A DNA stretch of 64,000 bases from an uncultured Thermococci archaeon (GCA_964595645.1 CAZQQT010000002.1:165309-229308); one strand, 5' to 3'; positions 29,211 through 40,380 are shown, counted from the first letter of the stretch. Program-made: numbers and translations. The notes: generated by a model not told the origin, from the sequence alone.

Positions 29211-31990
29211 TGAGAATATGACGGTAGATACTGTAATTAAGAATGGGAAAGTATGTACGAGTAGTGACCTTTTTGAAGCAGATATTGCCATTGATGACGG
29301 GAAGATCGTCGCCATCGGCAAGGCTGCAGTTCTTCCCGATGCCGATGAGGTTATCGATGCAACGGGAAAGTACATCATTCCAGGGCTCTGGCACCCTCAC
29401 TGTCATTTTAGAGATCCAGGCATGACCCAGAAGGAGGATTTCGAGTCGGGACATCGATGTGCAGCTGCAGGAGGTATTACCTTCACCATCGATCAAACAA
29501 ACACCGATCCTCATCCAAGCACTGTAAAAAAATGGAATGTGAAACGAGAACGGGCAGAGAAACAGTGTATCGTAGACTACAACCACTACGCCGCCGCACT
29601 GATCCCTGAAGAGATTCCCAAACTCGCTGAGACAGGGACAATCGGGTTCAAGATCTTTAACACGCAACATCCTCGAGCGAAGTACCCGTACATCCCCGAC
29701 TTAGCGGTCACGGATCATGGATTGATGCACGAACTCTACGAAGAAATCGCTAAGACAGGGATGACCGTCTCGGTCCACCACGACGAAAGTGACTGGGTCA
29801 AGCGGATGGTAGAACGAGAGTACTGGGACAAAGGGAAGACTACTGCCGATGACTTCCATGAGGCGTACAAACGAGGGATCCAATACGGTCACGGGATGGT
29901 GATGGGGCTCGCGGTCTCACTCTACATCGCAAAACTTACTGGTGCCAAACTATACGTGTTGCATGTAGGAATACAAAAAGAGTATGACATGGAGCTGATC
30001 AACCACGCTCGATCCCTCGGCCAGACTGTGTACACAGAACTCGAAATGACGCCGTTCTTACTTGGCAAAGAAAAAGCCGACAAGTATGGACCTTTTATTG
30101 TACCGTGGGGCAAAGACCCAGCGATTGCTTGGGAGTGGATTCGGAACGGATGGATCGATGTTGCACTGACGGAACACGCACCGCATACAAAGGAAGAAGT
30201 AGAACCGGGCTGGGAAGACATGTGGGATATTCCCCTGGGAATATGGGGTGCGCAGGAATTTTTGCCTAATATGCTAACGAGAGGTGTCAACGAAGGCAAT
30301 CTTTCCCTCCACGATCTCGTGAAGATCACCTCAGAGAATCCAGCGAAAATCTTCAACCTCTACCCGCAGAAGGGAGCAATCCGCGTAGGGTCCGACGCCG
30401 ACCTCACCATTGTCGATCTGGATAAGAAACAGAAATTTACCACTGAGAAGGTACAATCGAAATCGGGATGGTCTCCCTACGATGGAGATACGTTCACAGG
30501 ATGGCCCATACGAACGATCGTGAGAGGACAGACGGTAATGGAAGACGGTGAGATCACCGGCAAACCGGGTGAAGGAAAGTTCATACCGCGACCGAAGGAG
30601 TGAGAATATGACGGTAGATACTGTAATTAAGAATGGGAAAGTATGTACGAGTAGTGACCTTTTTGAAGCAGATATTGCCATTGATGACGGGAAGATCGTC
30701 GCCATCGGCAAGGCTGCAGTTCTTCCCGATGCCGATGAGGTTATCGATGCAACGGGAAAGTACATCATTCCAGGGCTCTGGCACCCTCACTGTCATTTTA
30801 GAGATCCAGGCATGACCCAGAAGGAGGATTTCGAGTCGGGACATCGATGTGCAGCTGCAGGAGGTATTACCTTCACCATCGATCAAACAAACACCGATCC
30901 TCATCCAAGCACTGTAAAAAAATGGAATGTGAAACGAGAACGGGCAGAGAAACAGTGTATCGTAGACTACAACCACTACGCCGCCGCACTGATCCCTGAA
31001 GAGATTCCCAAACTCGCTGAGACAGGGACAATCGGGTTCAAGATCTTTAACACGCAACATCCTCGAGCGAAGTACCCGTACATCCCCGACTTAGCGGTCA
31101 CGGATCATGGATTGATGCACGAACTCTACGAAGAAATCGCTAAGACAGGGATGACCGTCTCGGTCCACCACGACGAAAGTGACTGGGTCAAGCGGATGGT
31201 AGAACGAGAGTACTGGGACAAAGGGAAGACTACTGCCGATGACTTCCATGAGGCGTACAAACGAGGGATCCAATACGGTCACGGGATGGTGATGGGGCTC
31301 GCGGTCTCACTCTACATCGCAAAACTTACTGGTGCCAAACTATACGTGTTGCATGTAGGAATACAAAAAGAGTATGACATGGAGCTGATCAACCACGCTC
31401 GATCCCTCGGCCAGACTGTGTACACAGAACTCGAAATGACGCCGTTCTTACTTGGCAAAGAAAAAGCCGACAAGTATGGACCTTTTATTGTACCGTGGGG
31501 CAAAGACCCAGCGATTGCTTGGGAGTGGATTCGGAACGGATGGATCGATGTTGCACTGACGGAACACGCACCGCATACAAAGGAAGAAGTAGAACCGGGC
31601 TGGGAAGACATGTGGGATATTCCCCTGGGAATATGGGGTGCGCAGGAATTTTTGCCTAATATGCTAACGAGAGGTGTCAACGAAGGCAATCTTTCCCTCC
31701 ACGATCTCGTGAAGATCACCTCAGAGAATCCAGCGAAAATCTTCAACCTCTACCCGCAGAAGGGAGCAATCCGCGTAGGGTCCGACGCCGACCTCACCAT
31801 TGTCGATCTGGATAAGAAACAGAAATTTACCACTGAGAAGGTACAATCGAAATCGGGATGGTCTCCCTACGATGGAGATACGTTCACAGGATGGCCCATA
31901 CGAACGATCGTGAGAGGACAGACGGTAATGGAAGACGGTGAGATCACCGGCAAACCGGGTGAAGGAAAGTTCATACCGCGACCGAAGGAG
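29211..31990. repeat. Tandem duplication with a 1,390-bp unit (29211-30600 and 30601-31990)
   Basis: No mismatch seen by eye; main and shadow ORF translations are identical in both copies. Confidence 0.93.
29218..30603 (+). CDS. Cyclic amidohydrolase (dihydroorotase/allantoinase-like), copy 1
   Basis: PGLWHPHCHFRDPG, AAAGGIT, GFKIF, TEHAPH, ENPAKIF..KG.I.VGSDAD. Confidence 0.9.
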   Translation: MTVDTVIKNGKVCTSSDLFEADIAIDDGKIVAIGKAAVLPDADEVIDATGKYIIPGLWHPHCHFRDPGMTQKEDFESGHRCAAAGGITFTIDQTNTDPHPSTVKKWNVKRERAEKQCIVDYNHYAAALIPEEIPKLAETGTIGFKIFNTQHPRAKYPYIPDLAVTDHGLMHELYEEIAKTGMTVSVHHDESDWVKRMVEREYWDKGKTTADDFHEAYKRGIQYGHGMVMGLAVSLYIAKLTGAKLYVLHVGIQKEYDMELINHARSLGQTVYTELEMTPFLLGKEKADKYGPFIVPWGKDPAIAWEWIRNGWIDVALTEHAPHTKEEVEPGWEDMWDIPLGIWGAQEFLPNMLTRGVNEGNLSLHDLVKITSENPAKIFNLYPQKGAIRVGSDADLTIVDLDKKQKFTTEKVQSKSGWSPYDGDTFTGWPIRTIVRGQTVMEDGEITGKPGEGKFIPRPKE

Positions 31991-31993
31991 TAG
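30608..31993 (+). CDS. Cyclic amidohydrolase, identical copy 2
   Basis: Same protein as copy 1; likely start is ATG 30608. Confidence 0.88.
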   Translation: MTVDTVIKNGKVCTSSDLFEADIAIDDGKIVAIGKAAVLPDADEVIDATGKYIIPGLWHPHCHFRDPGMTQKEDFESGHRCAAAGGITFTIDQTNTDPHPSTVKKWNVKRERAEKQCIVDYNHYAAALIPEEIPKLAETGTIGFKIFNTQHPRAKYPYIPDLAVTDHGLMHELYEEIAKTGMTVSVHHDESDWVKRMVEREYWDKGKTTADDFHEAYKRGIQYGHGMVMGLAVSLYIAKLTGAKLYVLHVGIQKEYDMELINHARSLGQTVYTELEMTPFLLGKEKADKYGPFIVPWGKDPAIAWEWIRNGWIDVALTEHAPHTKEEVEPGWEDMWDIPLGIWGAQEFLPNMLTRGVNEGNLSLHDLVKITSENPAKIFNLYPQKGAIRVGSDADLTIVDLDKKQKFTTEKVQSKSGWSPYDGDTFTGWPIRTIVRGQTVMEDGEITGKPGEGKFIPRPKE

Positions 31994-32005
31994 GAGGAGA
32001 AATTT

Positions 32006-32446
32006 GTGATTAAAAAATATTCGTATAAAGAAAAAGATTTAAAAAAGAAGCAATTACTTCCGGGGCTCTTAGGGGAAGAAAAAAAGGCAAATTTAAAACG
32101 TTTTGTAACTGCAGACGACCTTAGTTATAGGGCTGGATATGCAAGAATGGTGGAAGGAAGTTTTTTCGAATCCTTTTATTGGTACGATGAATTTTGGTGT
32201 GTAGTCGCTGGAAAAGGAAAGGCAAAAACAATTAACAGAGCGACTGGAGAGGAAAAAGAAACAGAGTTAGAAGCCAAAGATTTATTCTTTATTTCAAAGG
32301 GCGAATGGCTTAAAACTACAGGTGTGTCTGAAGAACCGTTTGTTTTTTTTTACTGTGCAATTCCAGCTGCTTCGAAAGATGCTCCATGGCTAGCCTTTAT
32401 GACTAAAGATGACATTGAAGACGTAAAAAAGAGAGAAGAATACTAA
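32006..32446 (+). CDS. Cupin-fold protein (EutQ-like)
   Basis: GGAGG RBS, GTG start; AGYARM..G.F...YWYDEF.CVV.G pattern. Confidence 0.7.
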   Translation: MIKKYSYKEKDLKKKQLLPGLLGEEKKANLKRFVTADDLSYRAGYARMVEGSFFESFYWYDEFWCVVAGKGKAKTINRATGEEKETELEAKDLFFISKGEWLKTTGVSEEPFVFFYCAIPAASKDAPWLAFMTKDDIEDVKKREEY

Positions 32447-32450
32447 TTTT

Positions 32451-32666
32451 TTATTTTTTTCCTTTATCTTTTCCTAATCTTATTATAATATACATCACGG
32501 TCCCAAAGGATAATGCTATAATCACAGACCACACGAATGATCTCATATCATTCACGTTTCCATCCATAATTCTTTGAGATACTATATTTAGTATATAAAA
32601 ACTGAATCCTACAATAATAGTTGCCCTTATAATGCTATTCTTATCATCTTTTGTCAATTTTGGCAT
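32451..32666 (-). CDS. Small two-TM hypothetical protein
   Basis: Two hydrophobic segments and an AT-rich TATA-like upstream region. Confidence 0.55.
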   Translation of the reverse strand: MPKLTKDDKNSIIRATIIVGFSFYILNIVSQRIMDGNVNDMRSFVWSVIIALSFGTVMYIIIRLGKDKGKK

Positions 32667-33045
32667 GATTTATATCTTTTTATAGATTTAAAAACTTTTT
32701 GTCACCATCAATGTGTCACACGAACCATCGAAGATCTCATAATGTCTCCACTCTTATCTAACGTGCGAGAAAGAAATTTGTTCAAAAAACACAGAATCTG
32801 TTTTTGATCCAACTGATAATATCAAAGAGGATATTATTCTCCATAATTGTGACCATAGTTTAATGAAGATATCTCTAGAAAAATTAATAATTTCAAGAAG
32901 AATTTTCATATAGAAATTGAAATCGGAGCACATAAATCTTTCGAGGCATAAAAACTTTGCATTCGTTTCTCAAAGCTTCAGGTTCTTCCAAAAAAAGAGA
33001 TAAGGGCTTTTGATACCACCACGCGAGTGTCGGAGGAAGCATCGT

Positions 33046-33582
33046 TCATTCTGCTATTTCTATATATCCTGGCGGAATCTCCTTCGCCAATACGACATCC
33101 CCTCTTTCGTAGAATGATATGTCGTGAGAAGCACGAACGGCATCGATTATGAGTATTACAGGATGTGGATGGTGTCGTTTTCCTACGGTGACTGCGTCAT
33201 CTATCGTTTTTGAGAGATGGACGAACTGTCTTCCCATCGGCTTTAGTCCTTCTTCCCGTATGGTGTTCAATGCTTTGGGGGAAGTACCATGATAGAGGTT
33301 GCCGGACGGGTCGTACGTTCTACAGACTTTCACAGCTACTGAGTGGCCGTAAAGCGCCCGTATTTTTCCTTTTACAATTTCAAATCGTTGTTTCTCACTC
33401 TCCGCTATCAGTTTTTCTATCGCTTCTTTGCCCGCCCATCGATGACGGGTACTCTCCAGTGCCTCCATAACACGATCGAGATCTGCGAACCCTCGTTCAT
33501 CGAGTGTGATTCTTGCCGATGCGGGGTTGTGTCGCAGAATGTAGGAAAGGTACTTACTCAGCCGCACGTATTTCTTTTCCAT
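33046..33582 (-). CDS. kptA: RNA 2'-phosphotransferase (Tpt1/KptA)
   Basis: SKYLSYILRH, KQRFE, IRALYGHS, LYHGTS, RQFVHLS. Confidence 0.95.
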   Translation of the reverse strand: MEKKYVRLSKYLSYILRHNPASARITLDERGFADLDRVMEALESTRHRWAGKEAIEKLIAESEKQRFEIVKGKIRALYGHSVAVKVCRTYDPSGNLYHGTSPKALNTIREEGLKPMGRQFVHLSKTIDDAVTVGKRHHPHPVILIIDAVRASHDISFYERGDVVLAKEIPPGYIEIAE

Positions 33583-33700
33583 AGGATCATGTACGTCTCT
33601 TGTTTTCTCCTTGAAAACTGTTGGCCACGAACCGAAACCTTTTTATAGAATCTTATAAGATTTCTTATACGCATAAGTAAGAAACTTAGGAGGGATAAAA

Positions 33701-35884
33701 ATGGTACTTGATGTCGTTGCAAAAACGTGCGAAAAGAGACCGAAAATTGTAGTAGTCACGGTACTTATTATCACACTTATTTTAGGGTCAGGAATATTGA
33801 GAATTGAGAAAGAGACAGACATGATGTCGTATCTTCCAAAAGAAAAAGAATCTGTGGAGACGACAATGGAGTTTCGGGACACATTTGGGGGACAGAACTA
33901 TGAGACAGTACTCGTGAAAGGCGAAGTTACCTCTCCCCAGGCAATAGAAGAGATACAGGAACTAGAAGAAGAGATTAGGGCAATTCCTCACTTTGCGCTC
34001 GAAGTCACATCGTATATTGATATCCTCAAGGATAACAATGTCCCTGAAGAAAGGATACCAATGGCTGTGAAAACACCTGAGGCGCAGAAAGGGCTCAGTC
34101 AGATTCTCACACAAGATGGAAAAGCTACGCTGATTCGGATGAGAGTGAGTCCAGACCATGAAGAAGGCGCTGTCCAGGAATATATCGATGTCCTGGAAAA
34201 CGCTCAAAGGGAAAGTTCGCTGGATATCTCGTACACGGGCGAACTTACGCAACAAACAGAGATGATGGATGTAATGGACAGGGACAACATGGTACTCCTC
34301 CCAGCAGCACTTCTCCTGGTCATTGTGGTGCTATTCCTTACCTACAGAAGTATCTCGGATATTGTGCTCCCCTTCGTGATAATCGGTATTGCCGTCACGT
34401 GGGTTCTCGGTATCATGGGATACATTGGCATTACGTTTTCCAGTATGTTTGTCGGTGTTGCCCCCCTGCTTCTCGGCATTGCCATTGCGTACACAGTACA
34501 TATGCTGAACAGGTACTACGAAGAAAGAAATAAAGGGCAAGAGGCACCAAAAAGTGCAGTGATTAGCGTGAAAACTGTTGGAGTGGCAGTATTGCTCACA
34601 GCAGTGACCACAGCCTTTGGATTTGGCTCATTTGGCATTTCGGACCTCCCTCCAATGCGAGAGTTTGGATTCCTCCTCGTGCTTGGTATCCTCTTCAGCT
34701 TTTTCCTTGTGGTAACCTTGATGCCGTCTCTCTTGGTACTGCGGGATACAGGAAGCACTCTACAAAAGAAACAACGACGAGTTTCCGGTGTGAATTACGT
34801 CCTAGATAAGATCTCTCTGCTCGCACTTCACCATCGAAAGACAGTACTGGCTACTGCTGGAATACTCGCCATCATCGGCGTGGCACTTCTCCCCACTATT
34901 CCTACCTCGATAAGTTATGAAGATATGCTCCCACAAGATGCGGAGACGATATCCACACAGAGCGAGATATCCACACTCTTTGGAGCACAGGGCGAGCCTC
35001 TCGCTGTTCTCGTAGAGGGGAATGTTGTAGAGTACTATGAAGAGGTCCTGGCACTTGAAGAGGAGCTTCGTACAATCGGTTTCACCAATACCGAAGGAAA
35101 ACAAATCGTGATGAGCATCTCGAGTTATGCTGATATGCTTGCGAAAACCCAGGGGGATGTACAGGCGGCGCTTGAAAATCCTCAAACCACCTCAATGATC
35201 CAGCAAACGTTGGTAGTTGATAAGAAAAGTTCCGATTATCTCAAAAAGGGTGTAATACTTGTCTATGTAAATGTAAAAACCGATGAAGACGCAAAAAAAA
35301 TCACAAACGAAGTGAGAGAAATCCTTCAGAAGAATACTACGCTGGACTACTCCGTGGGAGGGGGTCCCGCGTTAATTGCTGATATCATGGGAGGCATGCA
35401 GTCTACACAAATAAAAACAACGCTTCTCGCACTGGCACTTTCGCTACTCGTTGTGTCGCTCTTGTTCAAATCGATCCCCTATGGTATATTCTCCGTGATT
35501 CCTCTCGCACTAACAATCGCATGGGAGTTCGGCGTACTCAAGCTCGCAAGTTGGCACTTTGATCTCTTCACGGTAATGGTCTCTGCGCTCATTATAGGAA
35601 TAGGAATAGACTTCTCCATTCACGTGATACACCGGTACAGAGAGGAACTTGAAAAAACAAAGAATACAGAGGAGTCTGTGGAAAATACCGTGTTAAGTGT
35701 GGGGAAAGCGCTTATTTCAGCGACTGCCACTACAGCCGGTGCCTTTTTCGTGCTGACGTTTTCGTCCATGCCAATAATGGCACGGTTTGGATTGTTAGTG
35801 TCCATCGTTATCTGCCTCTCATTTTTGGCAGCGCTTATGGTACTTCCATCGATCCTCGTGTTCTATTCAAAGGACAGATCGTAA
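33701..35884 (+). CDS. RND/MMPL (HAE3-like) transporter
   Basis: Duplicated 1+5 TM halves; GIAIAYTVH..RY.EE, GIGIDFSIH..RY.EE. Confidence 0.9.
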   Translation: MVLDVVAKTCEKRPKIVVVTVLIITLILGSGILRIEKETDMMSYLPKEKESVETTMEFRDTFGGQNYETVLVKGEVTSPQAIEEIQELEEEIRAIPHFALEVTSYIDILKDNNVPEERIPMAVKTPEAQKGLSQILTQDGKATLIRMRVSPDHEEGAVQEYIDVLENAQRESSLDISYTGELTQQTEMMDVMDRDNMVLLPAALLLVIVVLFLTYRSISDIVLPFVIIGIAVTWVLGIMGYIGITFSSMFVGVAPLLLGIAIAYTVHMLNRYYEERNKGQEAPKSAVISVKTVGVAVLLTAVTTAFGFGSFGISDLPPMREFGFLLVLGILFSFFLVVTLMPSLLVLRDTGSTLQKKQRRVSGVNYVLDKISLLALHHRKTVLATAGILAIIGVALLPTIPTSISYEDMLPQDAETISTQSEISTLFGAQGEPLAVLVEGNVVEYYEEVLALEEELRTIGFTNTEGKQIVMSISSYADMLAKTQGDVQAALENPQTTSMIQQTLVVDKKSSDYLKKGVILVYVNVKTDEDAKKITNEVREILQKNTTLDYSVGGGPALIADIMGGMQSTQIKTTLLALALSLLVVSLLFKSIPYGIFSVIPLALTIAWEFGVLKLASWHFDLFTVMVSALIIGIGIDFSIHVIHRYREELEKTKNTEESVENTVLSVGKALISATATTAGAFFVLTFSSMPIMARFGLLVSIVICLSFLAALMVLPSILVFYSKDRS

Positions 35885-35943
35885 TACTTTCCCTTTTTCT
35901 TTTTTACAAAATAGATTTTAAAGGATCAATAGAAAAGAGATCC

Positions 35944-36633
35944 ATGGAGAAACTTACAGGAATACAAGCCATTTCCTTTGACGGCGATGGAACACTCTGG
36001 GACTTTGAGAAAGTTATGCGGCACTCACTCCGCTGCGTATTAAAAGAGTTAGAACGGATCGATCCTTCAACGGCATTGTTGCTTGATATTGAGACAATGA
36101 TAACGATCAGAGATAGCGTAGCGAATGAACTGAAAGGGGAAGTTACAAGCCTTGAGGAAATTCGTCGTAAGGCTTTTGAACAGACGCTCAGAGAGATTGG
36201 GAGACCTGATAATGCACTGGCATCACATCTCAACAACGTATATCTGACGCACCGATTCGAAGATATTGAGTTGTTTGATGACGTGCCCCCGACATTAACA
36301 GCCTTAAAAGAGAAGTATACTCTTGGACTCCTTTCAAATGGAAACAGTTACCCAGAACGATGCGGACTGGAAGATATATTCCAATTTGTTATATTTTCGC
36401 AGGATTATGGCATTGGGAAGCCCGATCCTCGTATATTCAAAATAACAGCAGAAAAAGCAGGATGCGCTGGGAATGAGCTCCTCCATGTGGGCGATTCGAT
36501 TCATGATGATGTACGAGGTGCTCTGAATGCTGGGATTTCTTGTCTCTGGCTTAATAGAGGGCAAAAGGGAGAAGACAATGCCATAAACCGTGAGATATCA
36601 TCACTTACAGAACTCCTTCAGATCCTCGAATGA
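35944..36633 (+). CDS. HAD superfamily hydrolase
   Basis: FDGDGTL, LSNG, KPDPRIF, HVGDS..DDV.GA. Confidence 0.9.
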   Translation: MEKLTGIQAISFDGDGTLWDFEKVMRHSLRCVLKELERIDPSTALLLDIETMITIRDSVANELKGEVTSLEEIRRKAFEQTLREIGRPDNALASHLNNVYLTHRFEDIELFDDVPPTLTALKEKYTLGLLSNGNSYPERCGLEDIFQFVIFSQDYGIGKPDPRIFKITAEKAGCAGNELLHVGDSIHDDVRGALNAGISCLWLNRGQKGEDNAINREISSLTELLQILE

Positions 36634-36757
36634 AAAATGAGACGGCTTTAGTTAAATTAATGTATAGAAAAACCATCCAGTTCAGTTTTCTCTTGCCGGT
36701 TTCGATAAATTCTGAGCATACGTAATCTTTTTAAGTCTGAACGGTCATAGAGAATAC

Positions 36758-37483
36758 ATGAGTGATGTGGACAAGCGAGATCACAGAGACTGGGCCATCT
36801 ACCTGATTATATTGTTAGGCGTAGTATTCCTTGTTTCTTCGATACTCTATGTGATCAACAGTGAACAACCTGTAGAATCCCCAGTCCCCACGCCGTCCAT
36901 TACCACTCCATCACCCACTACCGAGGCTCCCCCTACCTCTCCCCCGACAACAACTCCCTCTCCCACCACTCCACCACCTACCACTGAGGCTCCCACTGTC
37001 ACACCTTCACCTACTCCCTCTCAGACAAAACAGAAGATCACCTGGGACAAAAGGGTGATAGAGACCGAGATGGGAGATTATGTCTCCGATGGAAGAATAG
37101 GAGTACAAGTACGACGGATGTATGATCCAGAGGCAGGAGGTATTGCTGTTGAGGTACTCTTTAAAAATAAAACAGAGAATACCCAACCTTTCAACCTTAA
37201 AAATATAAATCTCTTCTTTTATAAAAGTAAGGAGGAATATATAAAGGATCGCGTCCGACAAACGGAGATAGTGGGGCAGTCATTTGAGACTGGAAGTATT
37301 ACCTCCGTATTTGATAGTTTACGGGGGTTAAACGAGAGTGTAAAGGAAATACCTCCCAATAATGGACTTATTATTGTGTTCTACTTCGAGAGATCCAGAT
37401 GGCAGCCGGATCACCTCATCTTTGAAAATTACTATTACGAAGACCTTGAGTACACGCAGTGGAGTGTTAAGGTGAGATATTGA
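36758..37483 (+). CDS. TM-anchored protein with Pro/Thr linker, likely paralog of 20719
   Basis: N-terminal TM, PT-rich linker, DGRIGV...GGIAVEV.F.N. Confidence 0.8.
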   Translation: MSDVDKRDHRDWAIYLIILLGVVFLVSSILYVINSEQPVESPVPTPSITTPSPTTEAPPTSPPTTTPSPTTPPPTTEAPTVTPSPTPSQTKQKITWDKRVIETEMGDYVSDGRIGVQVRRMYDPEAGGIAVEVLFKNKTENTQPFNLKNINLFFYKSKEEYIKDRVRQTEIVGQSFETGSITSVFDSLRGLNESVKEIPPNNGLIIVFYFERSRWQPDHLIFENYYYEDLEYTQWSVKVRY

Positions 37484-38028
37484 TCGCTGTGCTGCGAATG
37501 GGCCATCGGCCTCAGCGGGATAAGAGGATAACAACACATGTGTGTTTAGTTGCCCGAGCTTTTGGCGCAGATGGTGTGTATCTCTGGCGAGAAGACGAAA
37601 AAATAAAAAAGACGATTGATGACGTGACAGAGGCGTGGGGAGGAGATTTTTTTGTTCGATTTAAGAATTATAAAAGACTCTTAAAAGAGTGGAAGGGATT
37701 GGTAGTCCATTTAACGATGTACGGGGAGAGAATGGAGAAAATTGAGGAAATTAAAAAGGAAAGTGAGAACAACGATATTTTAGTAGTTGTGGGCGCGGAA
37801 AAGGTACCACCTGAAGTATATGAACGGGCGGACTACAATCTCTCCATTGGGTCTCAACCTCACTCTGAGGTAGCAGCACTCGCCCTTTTTCTCGATCGAG
37901 TACTCGATGAAAGTGTACTGTATCGAAAGTTTGAGAATGCGAAAATGAGAATTGTCCCCCGCGCAGCGGGGAAAAAGGTTTTAAATCTACGGGAGAGAAA
38001 AGATAAAAGGCGAGAACATGGCACTTGA
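37480..38028 (+). CDS. trm56: tRNA (cytidine(56)-2'-O)-methyltransferase
   Basis: [44 protein letters not shown]. Confidence 0.96.
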   Translation: MIAVLRMGHRPQRDKRITTHVCLVARAFGADGVYLWREDEKIKKTIDDVTEAWGGDFFVRFKNYKRLLKEWKGLVVHLTMYGERMEKIEEIKKESENNDILVVVGAEKVPPEVYERADYNLSIGSQPHSEVAALALFLDRVLDESVLYRKFENAKMRIVPRAAGKKVLNLRERKDKRREHGT

Positions 38029-39352
38029 AAAGCTTGGAAAAGCACTCAATAATGCCTTAAAAAAGCTCACGCGAGGCGTTGTAGATGAAAAGCTCATCAA
38101 AGAGATAGTGAAGGATATTCAGCGAGCTTTGATAGCGGCAGATGTAAATATCGAGCTTGTTTTTCAGCTATCAAAGAACATAGAAGAGCGAGCGTTGGAA
38201 GAAGAGCTTCCAAAAGGAGTATCTAGGAAGGAACACATCATACAAATAGTATACGATGAGCTCACGAAAATTCTTGGTGAAGAATCGGAGAAAATACATC
38301 TCAACCCCTCGGAACCCACCGTGTTACTCATGGTTGGAATCCAAGGAAGTGGAAAGACTACCACCACGGGGAAGTTGGCCAGATACTTTCAGAAGAAGGG
38401 ATTCACCGTGGGTGTTGTGTGTTCGGATACATGGAGACCAGGGGCGTATAACCAGCTGGAGCAGTACTGCTCGCCTTACAATATAGATGTTTTTGGCGAT
38501 CCTGAGGAAGAAAGTGCCATTACGCTTGCAAAAAGAGGCGTCACTCATTTTAAAGAGAGAGATTACGATATCATCATCGTTGATACAGCCGGGAGACACA
38601 AGGAAGAGGAAGGACTCATCGATGAGATGAAGGAGATCTCTGGAGCGGTCGATCCCGACGAGGTTGTTCTTGTCATCGACGGGACAATCGGACAGCAGGC
38701 CATGTCTCAGGCAGAGGCCTTCAGCGAGGCGACACCCGTTGGATCCATCATCGTGACGAAACTCGACGGTTCGGCCAAAGGAGGAGGTGCGCTGTCCTCT
38801 GCAGCTTCCACCGATGCGAAAATAAAGTTTATTGGTGACGGAGAAAAAATTGATAACCTCGAGAAATTCGATCCCAAAAAGTTCGTGTCCCGTCTTCTCG
38901 GGCTCGGTGATCTGGAAACGCTGCTTCAGAAGGTCCAGGAGGCAACGACGGAGGAGATGGATGAAAAATATGCCGAGAAGTTCATGTCCGGGAAGTTTAA
39001 TCTCAAGGATATGTACAAACAGCTGGAGACTATCTCTAACATGGGCTCTCTTCAAAAGATCATGCAGATGATTCCCGGTATGGGCTTCAATATTCCAGAG
39101 GACGCACTGGAAATGAGTGAAGAGAAATTGAAGCATTTTAAGATTGTAATGGACTCCATGACCGAAGAGGAGCTCGAAAATCCGAAGAAAGTCAACTATT
39201 CACGGATTAAACGGATAGCACGAGGCTCTGGACGGGATGAGAAGGATGTGAGAGAACTCCTCAAACAGTACAATATGATGAAGAAAATGTTCAAACAGTT
39301 CGGGAAGAAACGGCTTCCCAAGATGGACATGTTCAAGGGCATGCGAATGTGA
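38018..39352 (+). CDS. srp54: Signal recognition particle 54 kDa protein
   Basis: [28 protein letters not shown], Met-rich M domain. Confidence 0.98.
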   Translation: MALEKLGKALNNALKKLTRGVVDEKLIKEIVKDIQRALIAADVNIELVFQLSKNIEERALEEELPKGVSRKEHIIQIVYDELTKILGEESEKIHLNPSEPTVLLMVGIQGSGKTTTTGKLARYFQKKGFTVGVVCSDTWRPGAYNQLEQYCSPYNIDVFGDPEEESAITLAKRGVTHFKERDYDIIIVDTAGRHKEEEGLIDEMKEISGAVDPDEVVLVIDGTIGQQAMSQAEAFSEATPVGSIIVTKLDGSAKGGGALSSAASTDAKIKFIGDGEKIDNLEKFDPKKFVSRLLGLGDLETLLQKVQEATTEEMDEKYAEKFMSGKFNLKDMYKQLETISNMGSLQKIMQMIPGMGFNIPEDALEMSEEKLKHFKIVMDSMTEEELENPKKVNYSRIKRIARGSGRDEKDVRELLKQYNMMKKMFKQFGKKRLPKMDMFKGMRM

Positions 39353-39399
39353 GCATTTCAGGATCACAGATTTTTTAAACTCGGAGCCCGACAACAATC

Positions 39400-40380
39400 A
39401 TGGAGTACACAATCGGAACCATTGGGAGCCATTCGGCGCTGAACATACTCAACGGTGCGAAGGAAGAAGGATTCGAGACGCTTCTTCTTTGCGAAAAAGG
39501 AAGACGATTTTACGAGCGATTTCACGTTGCAGATGAGATATTTTACCTCGACAACCTCGAGGAGATACGAACAATGCAGGAGGAGCTCATTGACAAGAAT
39601 GTGATACTGATTCCCCACGGGAGCTATATCTCCTATCTCCCACTGAATATCATTGAGCACGAGTTTAACGTCCCCATCTTTGGCAATAAGTTTCTCTTCC
39701 GGTGGGAATCGGACAGGGATCGTGAGCAGCAGTGGCTGGGGGATTCCGGAATACGAATTCCCAAAACGTTTGATATTGATGATGTTGATAGGGAGGTCAT
39801 CGTCAAACTTCATGGAGCGAAGGGAGGGAAGGGCTACTTTTTTGCGAAGAACAAGGAAGAGATTCAACGACGAGTGAAGAAAGGAGAAAAATATCAGATA
39901 CAGGAGTATGTGAAAGGAGTGGCAATGTACTTCCACTATTTCTACTCGCCACTGGAAGATGAGAATGTGTTGATGAGTATCGACAGGCGATACGAAAGCA
40001 ACGTGGACTTCTTGGGGAGAATGCCGCAGGGATTCAACGTTGAGCCAAGTTACGTGGTGGTAGGGAACTTCCCCATTGTTATCCGGGAATCGCTCCTGGA
40101 AAAGGTGTTTGATATTGGTGATAAGGCACTGAAACAGTCACAGACAATAGATGACCGGGGGCTGATCGGTCCGTACTGTCTCGAGACGATTGTGACGGAT
40201 GAGCTTGAGATCGTGACCTTTGAAATCTCGGCACGGATCGTAGCTGGTACCAACCCCTTCATTCCATACTCTCCCTACTCCTACATGAAGTACGGAAAAA
40301 AGATGAGCATGGGGAGAAGAATCGCTACGGAGATAAAACATGCCATAGAAGAGGACAGGTTAGAAGAGGTCCTGACATAA
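39400..40380 (+). CDS. purP: PurP-family formate-dependent FAICAR synthetase (ATP-grasp)
   Basis: GSHSAL, IPHGS, GAKGGKGYF, DRRYES, FEISARIVAGTN, MGRRIA. Confidence 0.88.
   Translation: MEYTIGTIGSHSALNILNGAKEEGFETLLLCEKGRRFYERFHVADEIFYLDNLEEIRTMQEELIDKNVILIPHGSYISYLPLNIIEHEFNVPIFGNKFLFRWESDRDREQQWLGDSGIRIPKTFDIDDVDREVIVKLHGAKGGKGYFFAKNKEEIQRRVKKGEKYQIQEYVKGVAMYFHYFYSPLEDENVLMSIDRRYESNVDFLGRMPQGFNVEPSYVVVGNFPIVIRESLLEKVFDIGDKALKQSQTIDDRGLIGPYCLETIVTDELEIVTFEISARIVAGTNPFIPYSPYSYMKYGKKMSMGRRIATEIKHAIEEDRLEEVLT

Noticed and set aside
30548-30607. N-terminal extension of amidohydrolase copy 2, or TGA read-through into a fused dimer
   Set aside because: The extension is the out-of-frame tail of copy 1. 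1,390 is not a multiple of 3, so read-through cannot fuse the copies.
32935-32952. Possible attR resembling the tRNA-Arg 3' end (CGAGGCATA vs CGAGGGCATA)
   Set aside because: Too short and gapped, and there is no integrase in the window.
38324-39136. 270-aa antisense ORF, and the many other shadow ORFs in the track
   Set aside because: They lie opposite or within well-supported genes (here srp54) and show no recognisable motifs.
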